The notes under the pieces are model-generated. The model did no database searches and had not been told where the DNA came from. It was given only the letters and a program-made list of their open reading frames with translations. A stretch of DNA of 63,344 bases, counting the filler, from Octopus bimaculoides (taxonomy: Eukaryota), in the NCBI RefSeq assembly GCF_001194135.2. It is 4 parts of 4 records of this genome, joined end to end, with 100 filler letters (N's around TTAATTAATTAA, not from the genome) between each part and the next. Parts side by side here need not be neighbours in the genome. Positions count along the whole stretch, not along the records: positions 45,988 to 55,220 come from NC_068984.1; positions 55,321 to 63,344 come from NC_068991.1; 2 more parts are not named here. One strand, given 5' to 3'. Shown one piece after another: positions 52,031 through 63,344 of the stretch. Position 1 is the stretch's first letter. Each line of letters begins with the position of its first letter. The translations under genes and the position numbers were made by a program.

Positions 52031-52170
52031 TTCAGTTTATTTCAAGATTTCTTGCCAATAGAGAAAGAACCAGTTTCTAACCTAGATCCAAGGTTCCTTC
52101 ATTGGGATTTCAACATATAGCTGCATACGTAGACATGCTCATATATATTTAAATGATAAACTTCAGGAAA
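52031..52170 (-). mobile_element. 3' UTR fragment of the R4/Dong-like LINE
   Basis: TTCAGTTTATTTCAAGATTTCTTGCCAATAGAGAAAGA.CC.GTTTCTAACCTAGATCCA is nearly identical to 11205-11265. Confidence 0.8.
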
Positions 52171-52992
52171 GTTTTGTATGTATGTATGTATGTATGTATG
52201 TATGTCTTCGTGTGTGTACCTTTGTGCTTATGACTGTCCCCACACTGCTCGATGACCTGCGATTTATTCGACTAAAAACTCTTCGTGGTAGTGCTCCAGT
52301 ATGACCGCAGTCCAATTACTGAAACAAGTAAAAGATAAAAGCCAACACGCAATACAATGATAATTATTCACATCGCGGCCTGAAACGATTCAAGGGAAAC
52401 AACTGGTACGAGACTAACGAGAACTACGATGTTAAAAAAAAAAAACACGCAGGAGTTTCACAGAACCGAGTTAAAACGATTAAATTAAAAGAAAGAAAAA
52501 AAAAAAAGAACTGCTTAACCCCGAGAAAATATGCTGTCAAGATGAAGAAATAGAATGAAAACATTTTATGAAATTCAAGTAAAAAAAGAAAAAAGCCAGG
52601 AAGCTGAAAACATGATAACAGTTGAAAATTGTACAAAATAGAGTGATATTTTTACTGCAAGTTTCCCTATTAATATGTTGAGTTGTCAGATAAATTCGTT
52701 CGTTTAAACACTGTAAAAATATTTTCATTTCAATTGAAATGACATTGGAAAAAGTTAGAATAACTGGAGAAAAAGAAAGGGGAGAGGGGGAGAACGAATT
52801 TATATGAACGCAATGTTTTATTTTCCATCCAATTTTTGCGACATTTATATCCTCGCATTCACTTCTTGAACACCTTTCATGCTTCAATGCTTTTTGCACA
52901 TCTACTGCTTTTATTATTTTTTATATAAATACTTTTAATCTTTTACTTTGACTGCGTCCATGAATCTCAAACGTACTATTTGTTACAACCGT

Positions 52993-53077
52993 TTCTTCTT
53001 CTTCTTCTTCTTCTTCTTCTTCTTCTTCTTCTTCTTCTTCTTCTTCTTCTTCTTCTTCTTCTTCTTCTTCTTCTTCT
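52993..53077. repeat. (CTT)n microsatellite
   Basis: About 28 units; source of the poly-Arg ORF. Confidence 0.95.
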
Positions 53078-53306
53078 AAGTTGGTATGCAGGATGGGGCG
53101 CCTGCCACCGATGAAATGCAGTGTGCTGAAACCATGTGATTTTTGGCACCCGTATCACACTTTCTCATCTGCTACAATATATATCTGTGTTCTTAGCACC
53201 GTACGTCTGCATGATAGGAACTTTGAAGCCGAATAGCGCAGTATTCGACGTTCTAATGATATATCCACGTTTACCAGGATATAATGATTATTTTTCGGTA
53301 TATATA

Positions 53307-53359
<53 letters not shown>

Positions 53360-53364
<5 letters not shown>

Positions 53365-53700
53365 CAAATAATACGTGAGTATATGCATATATATGTAGAT
53401 GTATGTACATACCTACATCTACATGTATATATAGATGCATATCTGGGTACAGGACGTCACAAAAAAAAATGTGGACAAAATGATAAACAGAGTACAGAAA
53501 ACTCACAGGCCACATAGAGAACATTTCCTTCATCAGCTGCCACAATTCTAAAACTAAGCATTTCGAAGAGTTAGGGCAGGACACATTGTTAGAATGGTTC
53601 TTCCCGCGGAAACAAATTAAATTTGTAGTGCGGGGAATATCGTGGCTGTTGTGTCTGGGGATAGTCATTCTCTTTTGGTGCCTTTTAACACACTCAGCGG
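53360..53700 (-). mobile_element. Interspersed repeat, possibly a Penelope-like pLTR
   Basis: 53360-53455 resembles 21985-22080 (TACATAC.TACATCTACATGT.TATATAGATGCATATC.GGG.ACAGGAC); the minus strand carries the GCTGATGAAGG motif typical of PLE pLTRs. Confidence 0.4.
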
Positions 53701-54088
53701 TAAAATTTTCACTTACTTCATTTTTATTTTTCTAAAATTTTCTTTGTCTATCTCTTTCATTTACGCTTTTCTCGTTGTAAACTTTCCCCTTCTCTGTATA
53801 CATTTACCACACTCTCTCGCTGTAAATGTAAATCGCTGACGCTGAGTGTATGTCTATGTGTGCGCGCGTGCATGTGTGTAAGGAATTTCATGAGGACCAC
53901 CGAGTCGAAGATCCTCACAAAGCACCAGCAACGAGCTAAGAAAACATTTTTACATCTATGCACCAAATGGAAAAACAAACACTAAGTATATCAATATGTT
54001 ATAAATTTCCCCAAATAATGCAGAAATCTGTCATGATCAAAAGGCTTATCCGTCAGAGAAGACTTGGTCTGATATGGAACAAAAAATA

Positions 54089-54513
54089 CCGTAAATCCTC
54101 GAGTATAATCCGCACTTCTTTCCCAAAATTTAAAGGTAAAAATTTCTAGTGCGTACTATATACGAGGTTAAAAATGAAAAATATTTTCTAAGCAAAATTT
54201 TCTAAGTGATAAATATTTAATGGCAATTTACTGAATATTTATTTTTCACTGACGTTATTACTGTTATTTCTTTATTTTCTGCAAACAAAGTGCACAAAAA
54301 AGCTACACGTTTGCATTATGTTATATATGCAATAATAATAAAGGACGTTACCGTATATACGTTTACAAACCAAGGACGTTATATAGACCTCCTTGACTCA
54401 AGTTAGAGAAGGGGTGCGTATTATACACAAGGTTTAGGTTTTTCCGAGGTACAGCCCCCTAAAAATCCCCTGCGTATTATACTCAAGGGCGGACTATACT
54501 CGAAGATTTACGG
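54089..54513. mobile_element. pogo/Tc2-like MITE, 425 bp
   Basis: 25-bp TIRs CCGTAAATCCTCGAGTATAATCCGC and reverse complement CCGTAAATCTTCGAGTATAGTCCGC (23/25); TA TSD at 54087-54088 and 54514-54515. Confidence 0.92.
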
Positions 54514-54570
54514 TAATTGAAATAAAGGCATTCTATTATGAAAATTGTCCGGCAACGACGAGTTACTCAG

Positions 54571-54620
<50 letters not shown>

Positions 54621-55220
54621 CAAATACAAACTAGAAGCAGCGCTTGTGTTGAAAACATTATCGATCGCATATATTCAACGGATGTGCTTTTCTTGTTCGC
54701 CAGGAGACTGCAGATAGCGCAGTGGAGATGACTCCCTCAAAGTGCCGGGTATTAGAACACTTGAAAGTCATAGACCACACACACATTCTTCATGCTTGAA
54801 GACATTTCGCTCTATCTAATTCTTTCGCTCACTCATTTATCTATCTGTCTGACTGCCTGTATCTATGTATGTCTTCTTCACACTATCTTTCCGTCTACCT
54901 CGTTCACACTGTCTGTCTCGTACATACTACATCTATCTTTCACAACACTTATCTACCTAAGTCTCTTTTACACTCTCTATACGTCCTATGTCTTTCACAT
55001 TTTACCTATCTCTGTGTCTCTTTCACACTTTACCTATTTCTGTGTCTCTCTCTCACACCTCGTTCTGCCTAACTGCCTATCTATTTCACACTTTATCTCA
55101 CTTTGTATCATGCACACTCTGTCAAATTGTCTATCTTTCGTAAGTTCTATCTATCTAGCCATGCCTAACATATCAGTGTATCTTAGTTCATAGACATCCT
55201 CAGTTTCAAAGTGATATTTT

Positions 55221-55320
55221 NNNNNNNNNNNNNNNNNNNNNNNNNNNNNNNNNNNNNNNNNNNNTTAATTAATTAANNNNNNNNNNNNNNNNNNNNNNNN
55301 NNNNNNNNNNNNNNNNNNNN
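55221..55320. other. Artificial scaffold-join spacer
   Basis: 44 N + TTAATTAATTAA (55265-55276) + 44 N. Confidence 0.95.
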
Positions 55321-55624
55321 GAGCAGAGGAGGAGATGAGGTCATGGATTGTGGAGGACACAAGCCGTTGGTAGGAGGGGGTGGGGTCGGAGGGGAGGAGG
55401 CGGTGTATATTTCGTTTGTCACGGTTATTTATGACATATTTCATCTCAGTTACGTTTGTATGAATAAACGAGTGTATCTGAAGCATGTTTACTTCATGGC
55501 ACCACCACAATCGTTCGTGCATTTCTTCTGCTTTTAGTATTATCTTTCCTGTTTTTCAGCTACTATTTTCGGAAACATATTTTCCCCCTCCCCCTCCAAT
55601 TTCTTCAATTTTCACATTTTTCCG

Positions 55625-56042
55625 TAACTCTAACCCTAAAATCCCAACCCTAACCCTAAAACCCCAACCCCAACCCCAACCCTAACCGTAACCCTAAAAC
55701 CTTAACCCTAACCCTAAAACCTCAATCCTAACCCTAAAACCCTAAACCTAACTCTAATCCTAAAACCCTAACCCTAACCCTAAAACCCTAACCAAAACCC
55801 TAACTCTAACTTAACTCTAAAACCCTAACCCTAACCCTAACTCTGAAACACTATCCCTAACCCTAAAACCCTAACCTTGACCCTAAAACCCTAACCCTAA
55901 CCCTAACTCTAAAACCCGAACCCTAACCCTAACTCTAAAACCTTATCCTTAATCCTAAAACCCTAACCCTGACCCTAAAACCCTAGCCCTAACCCTAAAA
56001 CCCTAACCATAACTCTAACCCTAAAACCCTAAAACTAAAACC
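55625..56042. repeat. Interstitial telomere-like array of (CCCTAA)n with CCCTAAAA and CTCTAA variants
   Basis: About 420 bp of TTAGGG-type units on the minus strand, often in 14- or 20-bp higher-order blocks. Confidence 0.9.
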
Positions 56043-56648
56043 AGTACAAACGCACGAACGATGTCATAAATAACAGTGACAATCGAAATATACACCGCCA
56101 ATAGTTGTTGTTGTCAAACAACCTCAGTAATTTTATTCAGCTGAACACACATCATTGATTGGTTGAAATTACTGAAATACGACCATTTTAACACGAAATA
56201 ACTTTGAAAATACAAACTTTTTTCAACATCACTAAGAGTAAAAGATGTTTTATATGACACATTCTACCAGTGTCCGAAGTTTGAAAGTGTTTAGTTACAA
56301 AAAATGAATTTCTCGATGTGCCGTTCAAAGGGAAAAGATCCAGATTTGGTAGTTGTTTTAAGTTGTTAGCTTTACTTTCTTTCTGAAAAAACAAACAAAA
56401 GCAAAAAAAAATGCAAACTTTTTTGCCTTAGGGAGTGCAATAAGAAAGTAAATACTTTTAGATACCGAACTTCTTTCCGGTTCTATAATAAATTAGGGAG
56501 AATTATCGAAACAAAATCTTGGCACATCTGAACCATGTCAGTAGCAGTAACAGTTGCAGTAGCAGCAGCAGGAGCATCAGGGGTAGTAGTAGTAGCAGTA
56601 GCAGCACCAGTGACAGTAGTAATGCGTGTGTGTATATATTTCTATATA

Positions 56649-56685
<37 letters not shown>

Positions 56686-57120
56686 ATTTTAAGATGGTAG
56701 TTGGTTGAATAGTTAGAAGTGATGTCAAGGAGACCGAAGACATTAAGGTTTGCAACCTGTCACCCACAACAGAGCAAAAATGTTTAAATCTTTAGTAATC
56801 CGATCGCCCAGTCTGGAAATAGATTACACGTCTAAGCACGGATTAACTGTTGCGATGACTGGAATCATTGTCAAATTGACATTAATATTGCATTTACTTG
56901 TATTGCTTGTTCTGGTCGTTCCACATATACTCACCAAAAAAGAATCTTTACAGGTCTTCCTTGTTCTAGATACACAATCTGAAGACAGCGTCTTTGTCTT
57001 GCGTATTTGTGTAATTAAGTTGTCTAACTACGACCGAGTGTGTTGTTTGATCCTCTTGATGCGACCCGATAGTAGCATTGATTTCTCAGCAAACTTCGCT
57101 TGGATTCTCCCTTGATATTC

Positions 57121-57170
<50 letters not shown>

Positions 57171-57295
57171 AGAAAAAGAGAGGAGGAGAGATAGAAAGAA
57201 ATAAGGAGATTGACAGAGATATTTTCAAACATTGACACATATATTGACACTTATACATATTGACAAATATATGCGTGAGTGTGTGCGTGTGTGTA

Positions 57296-57329
<34 letters not shown>

Positions 57330-59309
57330 TGTGTGTGTTGGTGCTGGTGGTGGAGAGAGAGAACAATATTTCAATCAGATATTTGAATGAAGATGTAATG
57401 GAAAACATTACCGATCAGAATAGACTGTCATTATGACTTTAAAGGTCATTCAGTGATCTTTAATATTTATTGTATAAAAACATGAAGATCATTAAGTTAT
57501 ATTGATGCTGTGTGTGCGTGAGTGAGTGTGTATGTATGTGTATGCGTGTGTGCATGCGTGTGTGTATGCGTGTGTGTGTATGTGTATCTGTGTGTTCGTA
57601 ATTTTACTGTCTCTTTCTATTGTGTTTGCTATAAATTATAATTATAATGCAAAATAAAAAAAGCAAGTTATTAATAAATAAATGAATAATAATAACAATA
57701 TTAATAATGAGACATCTAAGAAAATAGATGAAAACTTTGAAACTCGTTTCATTCGATGGTAAAATTACCATTTTTGTTTGATGCTACTCTCTATTGCTGC
57801 CTGCTTGAATTATTTAGCAATTAATGTGGCATTTTGCAACAGTTTTTAAAGTTTTGTTTCATTTAATTTTTATCGTGAAACATTTTAATATTTCCGTCTC
57901 TTTCTGGTTTCAGTGGAGAGAACTGAAAACATACAACACTGCTTGCGAACTGGTTTCTGTTTCATGCAAATCTTGACAGTCATATAACGAAAATAATCAC
58001 TCTCTCATCCTCTCTACAAATATGTATGTAAATAAATGTGAAAAAAACAAATCTATAAATTACTGCTTGAATATTAGAGATAATTAAAACTTAATTTCGG
58101 AACTGAGAAATAATAAATAGTTTTCTGCGCGCGTTAAGGGTATATACGATACAACGATCTCGGTTAGAATCACTTCAGCATCATACCCGTTTAGTGGGTG
58201 ATTCTAAAATCTGGCTATAGAGGCTTGAGCACATAGGTACATGTGAATCATTTAATCGCTAACTTTATAAGGGAATAGCATACTCCGTTGGGAAGTTTAT
58301 CTTCTAAGTTGGGTACTTATCTGTAAAAAAATTGGCAAATTAAGTTCTAATTTTTTTCCAATGTAAGCCAAAAATACACTAGCTTTAATACGGATCCCCA
58401 TCCCGCCACTGTGCAGATCCAGGAGACGTAGAGGGTAGCGATAGAAATACACGGGATTGGTATATTTCAGGATAGCAGGGAGCTTCATAAGACATGAACT
58501 GAGCTTTCAGTTAGTTCCTCGAAAGACATAATTTCAACTTTCGCTAGATGCAAATTTGTTCCACTTTCGCCTTGGAAATGCATGAAGTTCACACATTCCT
58601 TTTTCTGTTACCCTTAAAAGATAGGGCCTTTGTGACTAGAGAAGAAATGTTCTGATGAGTTCCAAGAATTCACAACTCAGTGTTGATTCTGCTTATTATC
58701 TTTTCAAATGACTTACACCGCAAATACCTTTGGGAAAACTTAAATAACATTGCAAAAAAAAAAAAGAAAAAAGAATAAGAAAAGGCACACTCCTCTTACC
58801 CCTTATATAAAGTATTTCTGCACATCGAAAAGTTAATGATACGCACCATATTGGTTAGCCGCAGCGTTAGAAGAAGTTTGTCATCACCATGCGTCTGGGC
58901 ACACATAACAGTTGGGTAATTTTTGTCACCGGATATAAAGTAAAAATACGAATTTCGTTTTTCTTAGAATATTAGGCCTGGTAAGGTATTTTCTATAATT
59001 TACAACATTTCTTAAGAGCAAACAGATAAACAATTTTCCTAGGCGGCAAATTCAAGTTATATGTTGATTGTAATACTTTGCTTTGAAAGCGGGGGGGGGG
59101 GGGACCCCCAGAAACGAGAGAAATCAGGCGAAAAATTTTGTTATTACATGTACCCTGTGTACGTCAGGTATTAAAGTGTTATTCAGGGCGGTTTAATCTA
59201 ATTATAACGTCATAAGTGAAAATTGAGAGTAACGTTACGATACTGTTAAACTGCACATCTGCGATATTTGCTAGTGTTTGGTAGCCATCTTCTTGTAGTT
59301 TGTTATTAA

Positions 59310-61863
59310 CCCATATATACCCCTGGTTGCGTTTTCGCAACGCAAAACCTGCTCCTACTTGTTTGGACATGACCTATTCGGGAAGCATCTGACTGAGCAT
59401 GCGAAACGTTCACTAGGTAGTCGATACCCGTAACTAACAGTTGCATACTGTCCTTCTCTTCGAGATTGTGAAAGCTTACCATAACGTTTAATCTAAATAC
59501 AGGGAAATATTAAGTCACCATGTCTTGTCACAAATTCAAGTAAGTATTGTATATCATGTTTTAATTCAAGCTATCTAATGTTTTGAACCTGATGACAAAG
59601 AAAAATGTCTATAAGTTTTACCAACTTGAAGTAGTTCATATGAAAGCGTAAAAATAAATTTTATTGATGATGCGTAAACGCAATAATGGGCACCCTATGT
59701 TTACAGGGTGTTGCGTTATCACAACGGCAAGCACGTAACTCTAGGCTGTGCACACCAGTGACAAAAAAGTGTAAGCGTAAAAAGACCAAGCACTAGAATG
59801 TGGAGGATGTGCCCTTAAAAGAGGAAGTCACAAGTTTCCCCTACATGCTTTCTATTGTTGACATACCTCGGCAACCTCATGAAATATTTGCGCTCTTCTA
59901 AGAAAATACTGTCATAGAACTTACCAAGTATACTGTTTTGTTTGCAGCTCTAAAACGAAATCATGCATTCCAATTGTCAAGTAGCGGGATGAAGGTTTCC
60001 ATTGGTATTTTGTTGCTCTGAGAGTATAACACGCTACCTCATCATCGTTTATACTGGGAAACCGAATCTTATGTTCGAAATGAGCTTGTAGCCAGTTCAA
60101 TTCGAAGAAATTTGAGGAGATGAAATACTTTCATGCAGCAGACAACAATGAACTGGACAGCAAGGACAGGTTTGAAAAGGTACGCCTATTTCTGGAACTT
60201 CTAAATGAAAACTTTATACAGCTTGGCTCAGTTTTTGGTCCAACAAATGTCTTTATTGATGAATCCATGATCCCATATTATGGTGGCCATCCTACAAAGC
60301 AATTTATTCGAGGCAAACCGATTCGATGGGGTTACAAAGGATGGGTAGCAAATAGTTCATTAGGTTACTGACACTGGATTGATCTATACCAAGGAAAATG
60401 TGATAGGGCAAAAAGTAGCTGTTACAAGGACGCAGTTCTAGGAAGAGAAGTGGTGCTTAACATGAATGAGAAATTTGAATCTCAAAATACAGAAAAGAAA
60501 ATTTCCTTCTTCTTTGATAACTTTTTCCCATCGGTCAACCTTCTAGAAGAGATACAACGAAGAGGTCATTCTGCCACTGGCACGATTCGTAGTAATAGAT
60601 CTGAAAAGTGCCCTCTAACCAAAGTCAAGCAGTTTGAAAATGTCCACCAGGAACTGAGGAGCATTTCCTTGAAAAAGATTCCGGCATTTTAGTGGCAATG
60701 TGAAATGGTACTGGTATCATTATCGTTGGATCTAATCAGTTTGGTGCGCATTCTATAAAGCAAGTTCAACGCTGGGTCGTTGCAGAACGTAAACAAGTTT
60801 TGATAGCAATGCCATCAGTAATTGGAAAATATAACTGAGGTATGGGAGCTGTTGACAGGCTAGATTAAAACATCTCAGTACCGCATTGCCATTCGGGGGC
60901 AAAATGGTGTTTCCCACTTGTGTCCTACCAATTGAACGTGTGCATGAATAATGCATGGTTGTTTGCCAGAGAAGGGGGTTATAAACAAGATCTACTAGCA
61001 TTTACACGTCAAACTGTAAGGTATCTCTTGAAGTATGGAACACCATCCATGAATCCATGAAGATAAAAAATGCATGTTGAATCTATAGCAAATTTCAATG
61101 GGGAAAGATATGACAACATTGGTCATGATATATCAAAGAGTGAACCAGAAAACCGTCGAAGATGTAAGCAATGCGAAAGTCAAACTGTATACATGTGCAG
61201 GAAATGCGAAGTTCCTATGCATGTCAAGTGTGCCTTTGATTATCACAGAATCCAGTCTTAGTGAGTGAAGTTTTGGGAAGAAGTACTGCAAATCATCTTA
61301 TATTACAGAAAAATAAGTTATCAGATTGAGCCTATTCCATAATAACGGACAGAATGTATATTTTATGATTTGTGATATTGTATTATGCTGTATTAAAATG
61401 ATAATTATAGTTTCAAAGTAAAATCTTCATAAACATTTCAATCAGTTCTATATTCTTTTTTTGTTTAGTTTAAATTTCATTATTACAAATACTCAGTCAT
61501 TTTTATCTAATTTCAATGTTTACTTTAATTTTCATTGATTCAAATATTTTTTCCTAAAAATAGAAAGAATGAGTGTAAAATACTTCAATTTTATTTGAAT
61601 AAGTAAATATATTTTCGATGTTGTAAGATTCTTTTGTATAATACATTATGTGACAATTGGCCCATCGTTGTGCTAACGAAACATGTGCTGGGGTTGGTGT
61701 GTTCACCGTTGCGTTAATGCAACACACATAAATTTGCAATAACTTGTTACTTGTTGAATAAATTAGTAAAAAATCAAGTGGTATGTGTTATTAAACATAA
61801 TATCTACCATATACGTAAAATATAACCGATTCAAGACTTCATTTGTTTATGGGCATATATGGG
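59310..61863 (+). mobile_element. Full-length non-functional piggyBac transposon (PGBD3-like), 2554 bp
   Basis: TTAA TSD at 59306-59309 and 61864-61867; 13-bp TIRs CCCATATATACCC and CCCATATATGCCC (reverse complement of the right end); transposase remnant inside. Confidence 0.93.
59686..61261 (+). pseudogene. piggyBac transposase pseudogene (DDE_Tnp_1_7-type)
   Basis: MKV.IGILLL..YN.LP..RLYWE, IDESMIPYYG.H..KQFIRGKPIRWGYK, FFFDNFF, YN..MG.VD..D and the C-terminal RRRCKQC...VYMCRKCEVPMH..CAFDYH; several stops and frameshifts. Confidence 0.93.
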
Positions 61864-61951
61864 TTAAATACGTTGTTTGCGTCACCATATTTACTAATCT
61901 TGGTTTTTCTCTTGTTTTTTTCCTAAATGTCCGAACGTATCGACCGTCCAG

Positions 61952-62113
61952 GCTGCTTCGTTCGGCTTGGCACAGGGATCCAAAGAATTCTACAACATAT
62001 GAATCCGTGTATTTGCCGCCCGAAAACATTTGATGATGGCATTTTAATAGATGCCGTAGAACTTAGTTCAACGGTAGCAGATTTGTCATCGGCAGCCACG
62101 CCAGAAGAAATGG
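61952..62113 (+). CDS. Candidate internal coding exon (162 nt, phase 1-1) of an unidentified host gene
   Basis: Branch-point-like TACTAAT near 61892, polypyrimidine tract, first downstream AG at 61950-61951, open frame (G)CFVRLGTGIQRILQHMNPCICRPKTFDDGILIDAVELSSTVADLSSAATPEEM, G|GTGGGT donor; length is a multiple of 3; not repeat-like. Confidence 0.55.
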
Positions 62114-62177
62114 GTGGGTTTTGATGAATGCAGTTAGTAATATTTCTGAAATGTATTAACAATTTAGATATTTTTCA

Positions 62178-62400
<223 letters not shown>

Positions 62401-62848
62401 GTTCGCATACAAACATATATACATATAAATATGTATGTGTGTGTTTGTACGTAAACATTTGTATTTCTTTATTTCTTAAGTAATGGAGTTGGAATTAGAT
62501 ACCTCATGGTAGAATAAGTATGTATACCTCTAAACTATGCTGTAGCCAGACATACAAGAAGTTGCGGCAAATCATTCACGCAATACTCATTTATGCTACT
62601 CTGATAGAATGATGCCCCAGTGACCGGTACCTTCGCCTTCATAAGCTTATTATGTACATGTAATGATTAATATGTATGTATGTATGTATGGATGGATGTC
62701 TGAGTATTTCGTTCCCTCTCGCTCACATTTCCTTGCCTTCTCTTCTTTCCATCCACTTTTCACTTCACTGTGTCCCTGTCATTTTTCTCGCCCCTCCCTA
62801 ATTCTTTTGTCCCTCTGCCTCTACCTCTCTCTCTTCTCTTCCCACGAG

Positions 62849-62947
62849 ACCGGTGTTCTGCCAAGTGTGATCTTTCTTTCTTGGCCGGCCGTTGTACGTG
62901 CAGCATCGTTATCCCTCCCTGTGCCTGTGAAATCTTGTATTCCTGCC
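62849..62947 (+). CDS. Weaker candidate Cys-rich exon (99 nt, phase 1-1)
   Basis: Long pyrimidine tract, open frame (D)RCSAKCDLSFLAGRCTCSIVIPPCACEILYSC, C|GTAAGG donor; the acceptor is the rare GAG type. Confidence 0.3.
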
Positions 62948-63344
62948 GTAAGGCCTTATTTCTACAACGCCAGCTAAATTTAATAATTTAATTCGTACTT
63001 AGCCGATACACATCTGTTGTTATGTCCTGTTTTACTATTTTTATTGTATTTGTGTAACATTGTTCGTTTTTTTCATCCTTGTTTTTGTATACATTCGCTG
63101 CTTTCTTCCAAGGAATCTAATGCTCTTAGCTTAGTTTTTTCTTGCGGCTGGCCAGATTGGAGCAATATCGAGAATAACCAACTGAAATTGCAAGGATAAT
63201 CTGGATCTCGACTGAAGAGAGAAAACTCCGAATGACCTGTCCGTGTTTTCTTTGTATCGTCTATCTGTATGCTTTGCGTCCTTGTCCCATTCTGTATTAT
63301 TTATACATATATAAGCGGCGTACGTACAACTTGTCTCTTATATG

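Noticed and set aside
54704-54748. 45-nt exon candidate ETADSAVEMTPSKCR
   Set aside because: Good acceptor but weak donor, and phase 0 is incompatible with the other candidates; insufficient support.
56935-57125. Minus-strand exon-like segment ending TTG|GTGAGT
   Set aside because: Stops in all frames; at most a UTR exon, with no independent support.
61952-62113. Faint resemblance to KChIP/PDE N-terminal exons
   Set aside because: Only a few residues match and no EF-hand or GAF exons are in the window, so no gene symbol is assigned.

Overview
AT-rich eukaryotic DNA that is mostly intronic or intergenic, dense in microsatellites, with many N-gaps. The SINE families and repeat landscape suggest an octopus genome (inference). 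Three identical 100-bp spacers (44 N + TTAATTAATTAA + 44 N) show that the window is four scaffolds joined in silico. No complete gene, RNA gene or CRISPR array can be supported, and nearly all listed ORFs are microsatellite or gap artefacts. Supported content is a layered transposon record. It includes a full-length but dead PGBD3-like piggyBac (59310-61863, TTAA TSD) and a second piggyBac 3' fragment, an internally deleted mariner, a pogo/Tc2-like MITE and a hAT-Charlie MITE nested in a LINE. It also includes several R4/Dong-like RLE LINE fragments, RTE, Penelope and Gypsy fragments, about 20 tRNA-derived SINE copies and an interstitial telomere-like array. There are one good and a few weaker candidate exons of an unidentified + strand gene. 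Leads most worth a second look: the PGBD3/MER85-like end architecture of the piggyBac, sitting about 90 bp upstream of a candidate exon; a ~270-bp inverted duplication of a SINE plus its flank; a 51-bp-stem hairpin; a hidden 82-bp ancient tandem array; and a chimeric double R4 insert bracketed by a 33-bp direct repeat. I found no clear evidence of a wholly new biological system.
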